A program made the position numbers and the translations under genes. Positions 8,400-16,196 of a DNA stretch of 64,000 bases are shown here, in pieces. The notes below the pieces were generated by a model, which saw nothing but the letters and a program-made list of their open reading frames with translations, had not been told where the DNA came from and searched no databases. The DNA comes from a virus, in the IMG/VR virus record IMGVR_UViG_3300009285_001996, one strand, 5' to 3'. Numbering within the stretch: position 1 is the first letter of the stretch; each line of letters starts with the position of its first letter.

Positions 8400-8795
8400 G
8401 TGTCTGATTTAATCACTCCATCAATCTTAGATATTAAAGCTGATATAGAGTATTGGTGGAAACAATTTACTATTAAGTTAGAGGTTCCGTTATCTGAATT
8501 ATTCCCAGAACCAGAAAAGGGGTGGGTAAAACACATTTGGAAACATGGGTCCGCTGATTTATGCGTCTTTCATAGTAATAAGTTAATATGTATTATCGAG
8601 GCGCATGGACACCACCATTTTAGTAATAAAAAACAAATAATGAACGATAAAAGAAAAGCTAAATTATGTCAAATTAACAATATTGGATGTTTACAAGTCG
8701 CAAACAGTGTAAGAGATACAATAGCAAGGAGAAAATGGAGAAGGTTATTGGGTAAATATATATGGAACGATTGTGTGAAGTGTAGTACAGTCTAG
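8400..8795 (+). CDS. PD-(D/E)XK / Vsr-like (DUF2726/DUF559-type) nuclease
   Basis: ADLCVF...IIEAHGHHH...DKRKAKLCQINNIGCLQV pattern; start uncertain (GTG 8400 or TTG 8394); 3' end overlaps array F. Confidence 0.65.
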   Translation: MSDLITPSILDIKADIEYWWKQFTIKLEVPLSELFPEPEKGWVKHIWKHGSADLCVFHSNKLICIIEAHGHHHFSNKKQIMNDKRKAKLCQINNIGCLQVANSVRDTIARRKWRRLLGKYIWNDCVKCSTV

Positions 8796-8848
8796 TTGTG
8801 TATAGTCGATTACTGTGCTGTGATGTGTAGAATAGCGGAAAATGCTGT
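8774..8848 (+). repeat. Array F: 5-nt periodic array with 3' hairpin; putative guide ncRNA
   Basis: tgtga agtgt agtac agtct agttg tgtat agtcg attac tgtgc tgtga tgtgt, then agaat-AGCG-gaaaa-TGCT-gt. Confidence 0.9.
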
Positions 8849-8883
8849 AATTATTTTCTTACTTTTAACAATGGAGATTTCTA

Positions 8884-9270
8884 ATGGCAAGTTTTAACAA
8901 GGTTATTTTGATGGGTAATGCCACTCGTGATGTAGAACTACGGTATATCCCAAGCGGTAAAGCCGTGGCTGACTTATCACTGGCGGTTAATAATCGTCGT
9001 AAGAGTGGTGACGAATGGGTAGAAGACGTAGTGTTTGTAGATTGTACAGTTTGGGGTCGCACTGCGGAAGTTGCTGCGGAATATGTAAAAAAGGGTAAGC
9101 CTGTTTTAGTAGAAGGCAAACTTATTCAAGATAGCTGGGAAACACCAGATGGACAGCGACGTACAAAGTTAAAGGTTGTTGTTGATTCTATGCAATTATT
9201 GGGCGGTAAGCCTCAAGATAACGAAGGCGATACACCAGCAGTTGGTGATGACGACGATTTACCAATCTAG
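8884..9270 (+). CDS. ssb: single-stranded DNA-binding protein
   Basis: [36 protein letters not shown], acidic tail DDDDLPI. Confidence 0.95.
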   Translation: MASFNKVILMGNATRDVELRYIPSGKAVADLSLAVNNRRKSGDEWVEDVVFVDCTVWGRTAEVAAEYVKKGKPVLVEGKLIQDSWETPDGQRRTKLKVVVDSMQLLGGKPQDNEGDTPAVGDDDDLPI

Positions 9271-9451
9271 CAGGAGAATAATAAGTGAAGGACTTCGCTT
9301 TACTTATACTAGCGTTAATAGTTATAGTATTGGCATTTAATGCTGGTAAACAACAATCTACCAATAAAGCCGTTATCGAGGCTATACACCAACACAACAT
9401 AGCCATTTGTGATATGAATAGTTCAATAGAAATGTTGGGGGGGTTGAAAAA

Positions 9452-10246
9452 GTGACGCTAAGGCCGGTAGTTAAAATTATGGGCGGGAAAAAACATCTTT
9501 GGAAATGGATAGTCCAAAGTTTTCCGCCCGACTACGAAAACATGGTATATGGAGAATTGTTTATTGGTGGAGGCTCTGTTTTTCTCAATAAAAAGCCTTC
9601 TGGGTTAGAATATATTAACGATATAGACGAAGGACTGATTTCAATTTGGCGAACTATTTTTTATCCAGAGTTCTTGCAACAATTACATTCACTGTCCTAT
9701 AGTGAAAACACATTCAAAGCCGCCTTAATTTATTTATTACACAAGAATAAGGGTTTAATTGAGTGGGCAGTTGCCGAATATGTAAAACGAAGGATGTCTA
9801 GGGGCGGTCTAGGTAAGACATTCGCCTGGTCCGACCGACTGAGGGGCGGCGAACCCGGCGATGTTCATGGGTGGAATACCGCATTGGCTCAATTATCGTC
9901 TATCGCAGACCGCACACAACACGCCCATATCTCCTGCAAAAACGCTCTCGATTTAATTCACGAACTTGATAGTCCGCAAACACTTCTTTATCTTGATCCA
10001 CCATACTTAAAGGAAACTAGAACAGCAAAGAACACCTACCAATATGATTTTACAAATGAAGACCATATAGAATTACTGGAAATTATAATCGGTTTTAAGG
10101 GGAAGGTTTTGATTAGTGGGTACGAGTCAAGTTTGTACGCTAAATACCTATCGGGATGGAGATTAGAGAAAAAAGAAATGCCGAATCACTCTGGACAGGG
10201 AAAGACTAAACAGAGAAGAGTGGAGTGTTTATGGTGTAATTTTTAA
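9452..10246 (+). CDS. Dam-like DNA adenine methyltransferase (D12 class)
   Basis: MGGK, ELFIGGGSV, INDID, YLDPPY motifs. Confidence 0.9.
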   Translation: MTLRPVVKIMGGKKHLWKWIVQSFPPDYENMVYGELFIGGGSVFLNKKPSGLEYINDIDEGLISIWRTIFYPEFLQQLHSLSYSENTFKAALIYLLHKNKGLIEWAVAEYVKRRMSRGGLGKTFAWSDRLRGGEPGDVHGWNTALAQLSSIADRTQHAHISCKNALDLIHELDSPQTLLYLDPPYLKETRTAKNTYQYDFTNEDHIELLEIIIGFKGKVLISGYESSLYAKYLSGWRLEKKEMPNHSGQGKTKQRRVECLWCNF

Positions 10247-10270
10247 TGTTGTGTAGAACGGAGTTGGGTA

Positions 10271-10525
10271 ATGTACATACAATCAATAATAGAGAAATGC
10301 GGTGTCTGCAATGTTGTATTTGACCGCTCTCATAAAACAGCCACCCCAGAGGTAGCCATTGGTTTGTGCGATAATTGTGTTGGTTCTCTTGCCGATAAAT
10401 CTCTTATTGGTAGGTTTATAGCTGAAAAAGTAATTTTTACTACAGAAATTGGTGTTAACGAAGAAATCACGGTAAAGGCAACCTTAGATGGTGAAGTAAT
10501 ATATCAGGTGGTAGTCTATAAATAA
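10271..10525 (+). CDS. hypothetical protein with two CxxC motifs
   Basis: CGVC...CDNC. Confidence 0.55.
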   Translation: MYIQSIIEKCGVCNVVFDRSHKTATPEVAIGLCDNCVGSLADKSLIGRFIAEKVIFTTEIGVNEEITVKATLDGEVIYQVVVYK

Positions 10526-11616
10526 TGTCAGAAATAAAAAGTATTAATTTACGTGCCCCCATCAATGACTTGGGTTATGGTATAGTTGGGCAAAACATAT
10601 TACTAGAGCTATGCAAACGCGGTGTAGAAGTCGCCTACTTTCCCATTGGGCAGCCCCGACCATCTTCTAAACTAGAAGCCGATGTAATTTCTCAATCTAT
10701 CGGTCGTCAGCCCCTCTATAACTGGGAATCTCCCTGCCTAAATATATGGCACCAGTTTAATATGGCAGAGAGTATAGGTAGGGGTATGAGATGTGGGTAT
10801 CCAATTTTTGAAATCAATAAATTTACTGGGGTAGAACGTCACCAACTGGCTAGTTTAGACGTGGTGTTTGTGACAAGTAAATGGGCGAAAGAAGTGGTAG
10901 AGCAGGAGGTTAGCAATGTAAAAGTGGTGGTTGCACCATTAGGCGTAGATACCTCGATCTTTTATCCACAAAAGATATCTCCGAATAAAAAAACAGTATT
11001 TTTGAATATAGGAAAATGGTCTATAAATAAAGGACATGACATATTAATAGATATATTTAATGAAGCATTTCCTAATGGCGAAGCTGTCTGTTTATGGATG
11101 ATGAACGATAATCCCTTCTTAACCGAACAAGAAACCGCAGAATGGCAGTCTTTATATAAAAATAAGTTGGGAGATAAGGTTGAGTTTTTACCACGGGTGA
11201 GAACACAAGCGGAAGTCGCCAATGTGATGAATTCGGTAGATTGCGGCATATTCCCAAGTCGAGCGGAAGGGGCAAATCTCGAAATTATCGAAATGATGGC
11301 TTGTGGAAAGCATGTAATAGCCACCAACTATAGTGGACATACCGAGTTTTGTACATTTGATAACTCCCTGCTAATACAAGTTGATAAGTTGGAAGAGGCT
11401 TACGATGGAAAATGGTTTTTGGGTTGTGGAATCGCTAATGTGGGCGAATGGGCGTATTTGGGTGATAGTCAGGTTGAACAAGCTGTGTGCCACCTACGCA
11501 CTATCCATCAACAGAAATTGGCAGGAAGGTTAGGTATAAATAAAGAGGGAGTGGAAACTGCTAAGAAGTTTTCTTGGTCAAACTGTGTAGATAATATCGT
11601 TAATAATATTAATTAG
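10525..11616 (+). CDS. glycosyltransferase family 4 (GT-B)
   Basis: PLGVDTSIF, NKGHDIL, PSRAEGANLEIIEMMACGKHVIAT. Confidence 0.9.
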   Translation: MSEIKSINLRAPINDLGYGIVGQNILLELCKRGVEVAYFPIGQPRPSSKLEADVISQSIGRQPLYNWESPCLNIWHQFNMAESIGRGMRCGYPIFEINKFTGVERHQLASLDVVFVTSKWAKEVVEQEVSNVKVVVAPLGVDTSIFYPQKISPNKKTVFLNIGKWSINKGHDILIDIFNEAFPNGEAVCLWMMNDNPFLTEQETAEWQSLYKNKLGDKVEFLPRVRTQAEVANVMNSVDCGIFPSRAEGANLEIIEMMACGKHVIATNYSGHTEFCTFDNSLLIQVDKLEEAYDGKWFLGCGIANVGEWAYLGDSQVEQAVCHLRTIHQQKLAGRLGINKEGVETAKKFSWSNCVDNIVNNIN

Positions 11617-11626
11617 GGAGGTTGTT

Positions 11627-12265
11627 ATGGTCGAACGAAAATTTGGACGATTTTATGTAGAAGATAATCGAGATAAGAAGTTTAGAATTCAAAAGGTGGC
11701 ACCCATACGAACAAGCCGAACATATAGTAGTCGGTGGTTTGGAGATCAAAAAAATACCAGCGAATGCGTTGGGTATAGTTTATCCCACCTTTTAGAATGT
11801 TCTCCATATAAACAGTGGCTTAATCCTAGCGGTATTTATGATTTCGCTCAACTAATAGACGAGTGGGATGGCGAGTACGATGGTACTAGTGTACGGGCTG
11901 GCCTAAAAGTATTACAAAAGTTAGGTTTTATTAAAGAATACCGTTGGGGTAAGACATTGAATGACGCCGTAAATAGCGTATTAGAGGTTGGTCCAATTAT
12001 TATTGGGGTCAACTGGTATGTAGACATGATGGAAACCGATGGTAAAGGGTTTATTCATGTCGGTGGAGAAAATTTGGGCGGACACGCAATTTTAGTGGAT
12101 GGCGTATATGTCAAAACCGAGAAGTTTAGGTTGAAGAACAGTTGGAGCGACGAATGGGGTAAGGAAGGGCGTTGCTATCTGTCATTTAAGGATTTCTCCA
12201 GATTGATGAAAGAGGAGGGTGAAATTGGATTGGTTATTGAACAAACGGCTAAACCAACATACTAA
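11627..12265 (+). CDS. papain-like (C1) cysteine peptidase
   Basis: DQ..SECVGYS (Cys), GGHAIL (His), KNSWSDEWGKEG. Confidence 0.85.
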   Translation: MVERKFGRFYVEDNRDKKFRIQKVAPIRTSRTYSSRWFGDQKNTSECVGYSLSHLLECSPYKQWLNPSGIYDFAQLIDEWDGEYDGTSVRAGLKVLQKLGFIKEYRWGKTLNDAVNSVLEVGPIIIGVNWYVDMMETDGKGFIHVGGENLGGHAILVDGVYVKTEKFRLKNSWSDEWGKEGRCYLSFKDFSRLMKEEGEIGLVIEQTAKPTY

Positions 12266-12289
12266 CAAATAAACATAGGGAGCATTTAC

Positions 12290-12808
12290 ATGTTAACTAG
12301 ACGACAATTTTTACCAGCACTAGCATCACCGTTCTGTTTTTATCCCGCCCCATCACACCAATCACAATTAAGGGGAAGTGTATTATCTGATATTGATGCA
12401 CCGTCTAAGAAAATAAAGTTTCCTGGAATTAATAATATCTATTGTGTAACTACCGATAGTCAATATTCGTACTTAATAAAAAAAGACGGCGAAGAAATGA
12501 TGATTGTATCATACGGCGAATATAAAGGTAAAATGCCAGATAGAGAAAGCGATATTTTGAAACTAACGCAATGTTCGCATAGGTGTTATCCGTTAGAAAT
12601 GTGCGACCTATGGTTATTCCACATCATACATAATGACGCTATTAAATGTGGAATTATGAGTTTACCAACTAGTTTTAATGCTACACTAAAAGTACATGAT
12701 TTTTTCGTAAACGCAAAGGTTGCTACAGATGCGGATATTAAAAACTTTATCAACTATCAAATGTGTGGTAATATTATTATGAAGGAGGGGCGGCGTGAGC
12801 AAAGGTAG
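12290..12808 (+). CDS. hypothetical protein with Tat-like N-terminus
   Basis: MLTRRQFL start; GGGAG RBS. Confidence 0.5.
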   Translation: MLTRRQFLPALASPFCFYPAPSHQSQLRGSVLSDIDAPSKKIKFPGINNIYCVTTDSQYSYLIKKDGEEMMIVSYGEYKGKMPDRESDILKLTQCSHRCYPLEMCDLWLFHIIHNDAIKCGIMSLPTSFNATLKVHDFFVNAKVATDADIKNFINYQMCGNIIMKEGRREQR

Positions 12809-12922
12809 TAATCGTCGTCCAGAAAAAATTTCGGGTTCTTATCGACGTAACTGGACAAAAATCTTTCGTAAACAATGTAAATGCAATGGAAATGGTAACT
12901 GTAAAAGTTGTGGAGCGGGCAA

Positions 12923-13396
12923 ATGCCAAAACCATTAAAGAAACCAAATAGAGGGGCGGATTTACAGTGGTTATTTTGGGATGACTATTATTATTTACTA
13001 TATAAATTAATCAACGAAATTCAGCATGATATTTCGGTTGGTATAATCTCTATTGATAAGGTTGTGGGGATTGCGAATGGTGGCTTGAACATTTCGATTC
13101 CGATAGCCGCTACCCTAAGAGTCCCCCATGAGAGAGTGTTGATTAGCCATAGCAATAATGTTATGGAAAACATAGATTTTATGGATGGTCCAGAACGCAT
13201 TTTAGTGGTGGACGACATTGTAGACAGTGGTGCAACTATTACTGATTTTTGCAAAATACTTGCCCCACACCACACTCTTTCAGAGAACATGTGGGTTGCC
13301 GCCCTCTATAAACAAGAAAAATTTGCAGGAGAGTTCCCCCATTATTATGCCGACACTAACAGTAAATGGGTAGTTTTTCCATACGAGTTAGATTAA
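12923..13396 (+). CDS. purine phosphoribosyltransferase (type I PRTase, Gpt-like)
   Basis: VVGIANGG, ILVVDDIVDSGAT PRPP-binding motif, WVVFPYE. Confidence 0.85.
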   Translation: MPKPLKKPNRGADLQWLFWDDYYYLLYKLINEIQHDISVGIISIDKVVGIANGGLNISIPIAATLRVPHERVLISHSNNVMENIDFMDGPERILVVDDIVDSGATITDFCKILAPHHTLSENMWVAALYKQEKFAGEFPHYYADTNSKWVVFPYELD

Positions 13397-13411
13397 CAAA
13401 AGGAGTGTGCC

Positions 13412-13756
13412 GTGAAATATTTATTTTTATCTATGTTTTCTCTGCTAATTTTATGTTTGGGTTGTTCTAAGGTATATTCGCAATACCCCACATTTAATTC
13501 TCCATTTCATAGTTATGATCCATACTACACAGACCAGTCGCCAGACCACGGCTATTTACGTGTAGACCCCCAATTTGGTAGACGATACAGTCGTCCAATT
13601 CCGCCAAGGCATTATTACCAGCCATATCCTCCATATTACTATCAGCCATATTCGCCACCCTATTATTATAGCCCTCCTTATTATCCACCACAACCTCAAC
13701 CGCCGTTGCAACCCCAACCACTACCCCCACACTTTTATTTTTATTTGTGGCACTAA
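13412..13756 (+). CDS. secreted Tyr/Pro-rich protein
   Basis: Signal peptide followed by YYQPYPPYYYQPY low-complexity repeats. Confidence 0.55.
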   Translation: MKYLFLSMFSLLILCLGCSKVYSQYPTFNSPFHSYDPYYTDQSPDHGYLRVDPQFGRRYSRPIPPRHYYQPYPPYYYQPYSPPYYYSPPYYPPQPQPPLQPQPLPPHFYFYLWH

Positions 13757-13760
13757 TCAT

Positions 13761-13988
13761 ATGACCATTGTAAAATCGTGGCGTGGTCGAGATGGCGTTT
13801 TGATAGTTAGAAGAGATGGTTATGTTATCGAAATTAACGCTGGTACTACTAAATGGACGTATTCAGAATTCTTAGATCAAACTAATAAGAGAGCGGTGAA
13901 AAAATTACTCACAGCAGTATACGGTAAAGCTATTATAGATGATGTTATCTTATTAGTACAATCATTAGTGGGAGAAAATTGTGGGTAA
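13761..13988 (+). CDS. hypothetical protein
   Basis: ATG 13761 within the longer listed ORF. Confidence 0.5.
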   Translation: MTIVKSWRGRDGVLIVRRDGYVIEINAGTTKWTYSEFLDQTNKRAVKKLLTAVYGKAIIDDVILLVQSLVGENCG

Positions 13989-14232
13989 ACAGAATAAGGA
14001 AGTAGAAGAGTTAAAAAGTGTGACATTGCAAAAAAGGAGAAACGAAGCAAGTATCATAGAATGGCTGGGCGGCAAACTGAATAAAACCAATAAAGTAAGT
14101 ATTAATTATTTATATGATGGATTTTACAGGGTTAATATAAGACTGCGTAGTTCTACGATTATTAGTGATAGTTATTTTCTGATGGTTAAAGATGGTGTGG
14201 TTACACATAGGAAAACCCATAACAATGTTTGA
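13981..14232 (+). CDS. hypothetical protein
   Basis: ORF overlapping both neighbours. Confidence 0.5.
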   Translation: MGKQNKEVEELKSVTLQKRRNEASIIEWLGGKLNKTNKVSINYLYDGFYRVNIRLRSSTIISDSYFLMVKDGVVTHRKTHNNV

Positions 14233-15166
14233 ATTAAACGACATAATTACCACAAAAAATTGGCAGTCCTTGTGCGACCATATTTATGACGCTCCCAATT
14301 TAGACAATGTGCCAGAAGGGGGATCGTGCTGGTGTGCTTGCGACCAAATTCACGAATTTTTCAAGAGGATAGATGGTACTGGACGTTCTTACATATTGGT
14401 AAGTTCACACTCTGACTATGGATTGGCATTACAAGTTGAATATCCCATCATCAATGATGTTATAACGACCGCTCGTAAAATTGTTCGAGGCACTAAACCA
14501 GAAGTTGGCTACCGCCCCATCACCATACAACCTTCCTGCAATCTAACCAGATGCCACCCCTCTCATAAGTACAGCGTTCGATGTTATTCGTACACCAACG
14601 CTACTCTACCTAGAATCCCCGACGAAGTAAAACATTGGTTTTTGGTCAACAATATGGTGAAGGATGAGCCACGAATTACCAATATACCATTTGGTGTACC
14701 AGAAGATAGAGTAGAAAAGTTCGCCAACCTACCTAAACGAGATAAAAAAGGTTTATTGTATGTGAATTTTGGTGATTATACATTTGAGAGGATAGAGTTG
14801 AAAAATTTTTATAGAGAGCAGTCTTGGGTAACATTCAAAGAAAATATATCATTTGATGAATATTTAGACGATATTTCCACACATCATTTCACTCTCTGTC
14901 CTAACGGTAATGGTGTTGATTGTTACAAAACCCTTGAGGTTATTTATGCAGGAGGTATCCCCCTTGTCGAAAGAAGCGTAACCACTGAAGGGTTAAAGTT
15001 GCCGTTTATTATTGCGTATAATATGTTTGGAATATTTATGAAAGATCATTTGAGAGAACTTGTAAAAAGCGATAATGAAATCATCAATACTATTGGTGAG
15101 TACAATTATTGTAAACTGTCATTTTGGCAGGAAATTATCCGTAAGACGAAGGAGGCTATATGTTAA
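14225..15166 (+). CDS. exostosin-like (GT47-type) glycosyltransferase-related protein
   Basis: IPFG, LLYVNF, HFTLCPNGNGVDCYKTLEVIYAGGIPLV motif. Confidence 0.65.
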   Translation: MFELNDIITTKNWQSLCDHIYDAPNLDNVPEGGSCWCACDQIHEFFKRIDGTGRSYILVSSHSDYGLALQVEYPIINDVITTARKIVRGTKPEVGYRPITIQPSCNLTRCHPSHKYSVRCYSYTNATLPRIPDEVKHWFLVNNMVKDEPRITNIPFGVPEDRVEKFANLPKRDKKGLLYVNFGDYTFERIELKNFYREQSWVTFKENISFDEYLDDISTHHFTLCPNGNGVDCYKTLEVIYAGGIPLVERSVTTEGLKLPFIIAYNMFGIFMKDHLRELVKSDNEIINTIGEYNYCKLSFWQEIIRKTKEAIC

Positions 15167-15246
15167 CTTTTCTAGTGGCTTTTGGGATTTTCGCCGTAGG
15201 ATGGCTACTTTTCAAAGTGATACTCTAAAAATTTTGAAATCTCACC

Positions 15247-15274
15247 TTGACAATTTCCACATTTTTCATATAAT
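15247..15274 (+). promoter_or_regulatory. sigma70-type promoter
   Basis: TTGACA, 16-bp spacer, TATAAT directly upstream of the sigma factor gene. Confidence 0.7.
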
Positions 15275-15291
15275 ATGTAGAGAACGCCACC

Positions 15292-15840
15292 GTGGCAGGA
15301 AAGCGACCCATGATACCGAACACTGCAAAGTTGGACGATCTATCATTATCTGATTACTTATCTATAGCGAAATATTGTATATTACATTATGTTCATGGAC
15401 CAATGAAGTATAAAATGGTTGGTGATGATGACGCGGTTGGCGGTGTAGCTACAGAAATAATGTTGGGAATAGGTAAATATAATCCAGAAAGAGGTATGAG
15501 CCTGAATACCTATGCTAATATGCGGGCTAAAACTGCTATTTATAGGTGGTTAAATAATTATACTAGAAATAGTAGGGTCCGCACTAATTGTAGGTTGGAG
15601 AGGCGTTACGAGCATACTGGATTAAGTGCGATGTTAGAAATAGAGCAGGGAAGGTTGTTAAATGAGGCAGTAAATGATCGGTTGACAGAATATCAGCGGT
15701 TGTGCTTAGAAATGTACTATTTTAAGAATATGTTATTGAAAGATATAGCAGATATTTATGGGGTAAGTAAACAGGCTATTAGTCAGAATATAAGAAGGGC
15801 GGAAAAGAAGTTGGGTGGGGCAGTGACTCTTAAAACATAA
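15292..15840 (+). CDS. RNA polymerase sigma-70 family factor
   Basis: Region 2 (GKYNPERGMSLNTYANMRAK) and region 4 HTH (LTEYQRLCLEMYY...LKDIADIYGVSKQAISQNIRRAEKKL). Confidence 0.85.
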   Translation: MAGKRPMIPNTAKLDDLSLSDYLSIAKYCILHYVHGPMKYKMVGDDDAVGGVATEIMLGIGKYNPERGMSLNTYANMRAKTAIYRWLNNYTRNSRVRTNCRLERRYEHTGLSAMLEIEQGRLLNEAVNDRLTEYQRLCLEMYYFKNMLLKDIADIYGVSKQAISQNIRRAEKKLGGAVTLKT

Positions 15841-15849
15841 GGTGGTAGC

Positions 15850-16188
15850 GTGTTTTGGAATAAAAAGAAAAAAGTGGCGTTGGAGTTTATACGTTTTTCA
15901 TTCGACGAAGAAAACAACATTATTATAGATTTTAATTTTCCTGCTTTTGACACCGAAGTTACTCGAAATAGGACAGCATTACTACTAGATAGTGCTACAT
16001 CACAAACTGCCGCTCTAAAATTACAAGAATTTCTTTTAGATTGGGCAAACCAGAATAATAAAAGAGAGTATGTAGAAGGGATAATAAATAAATGGATGTT
16101 ATTAAAGAACAACTATATGGGAGATTCAAACATTGGTGGTCCATGCGTTAGACCTAGTGAAGTGTTCAACTATCAACAAGCAAAGTAA
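15850..16188 (+). CDS. hypothetical protein
   Basis: ORF with RBS. Confidence 0.6.
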   Translation: MFWNKKKKVALEFIRFSFDEENNIIIDFNFPAFDTEVTRNRTALLLDSATSQTAALKLQEFLLDWANQNNKREYVEGIINKWMLLKNNYMGDSNIGGPCVRPSEVFNYQQAK

Positions 16189-16196
16189 ATAAATAG

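Noticed and set aside
7316-8848. Canonical CRISPR array next to the Cas7-like gene
   Set aside because: There are no 25-40 nt direct repeats with unique spacers; periodicity is 5 nt and no cas1/cas2/cas6 is present.
10247-10276. Possible seventh array (tgttg tgtag aacgg agttg ggtaa tgtac)
   Set aside because: It has only six units, one lacking GT, no terminal hairpin, and overlaps an RBS and start codon; likely chance or a heavily decayed remnant.
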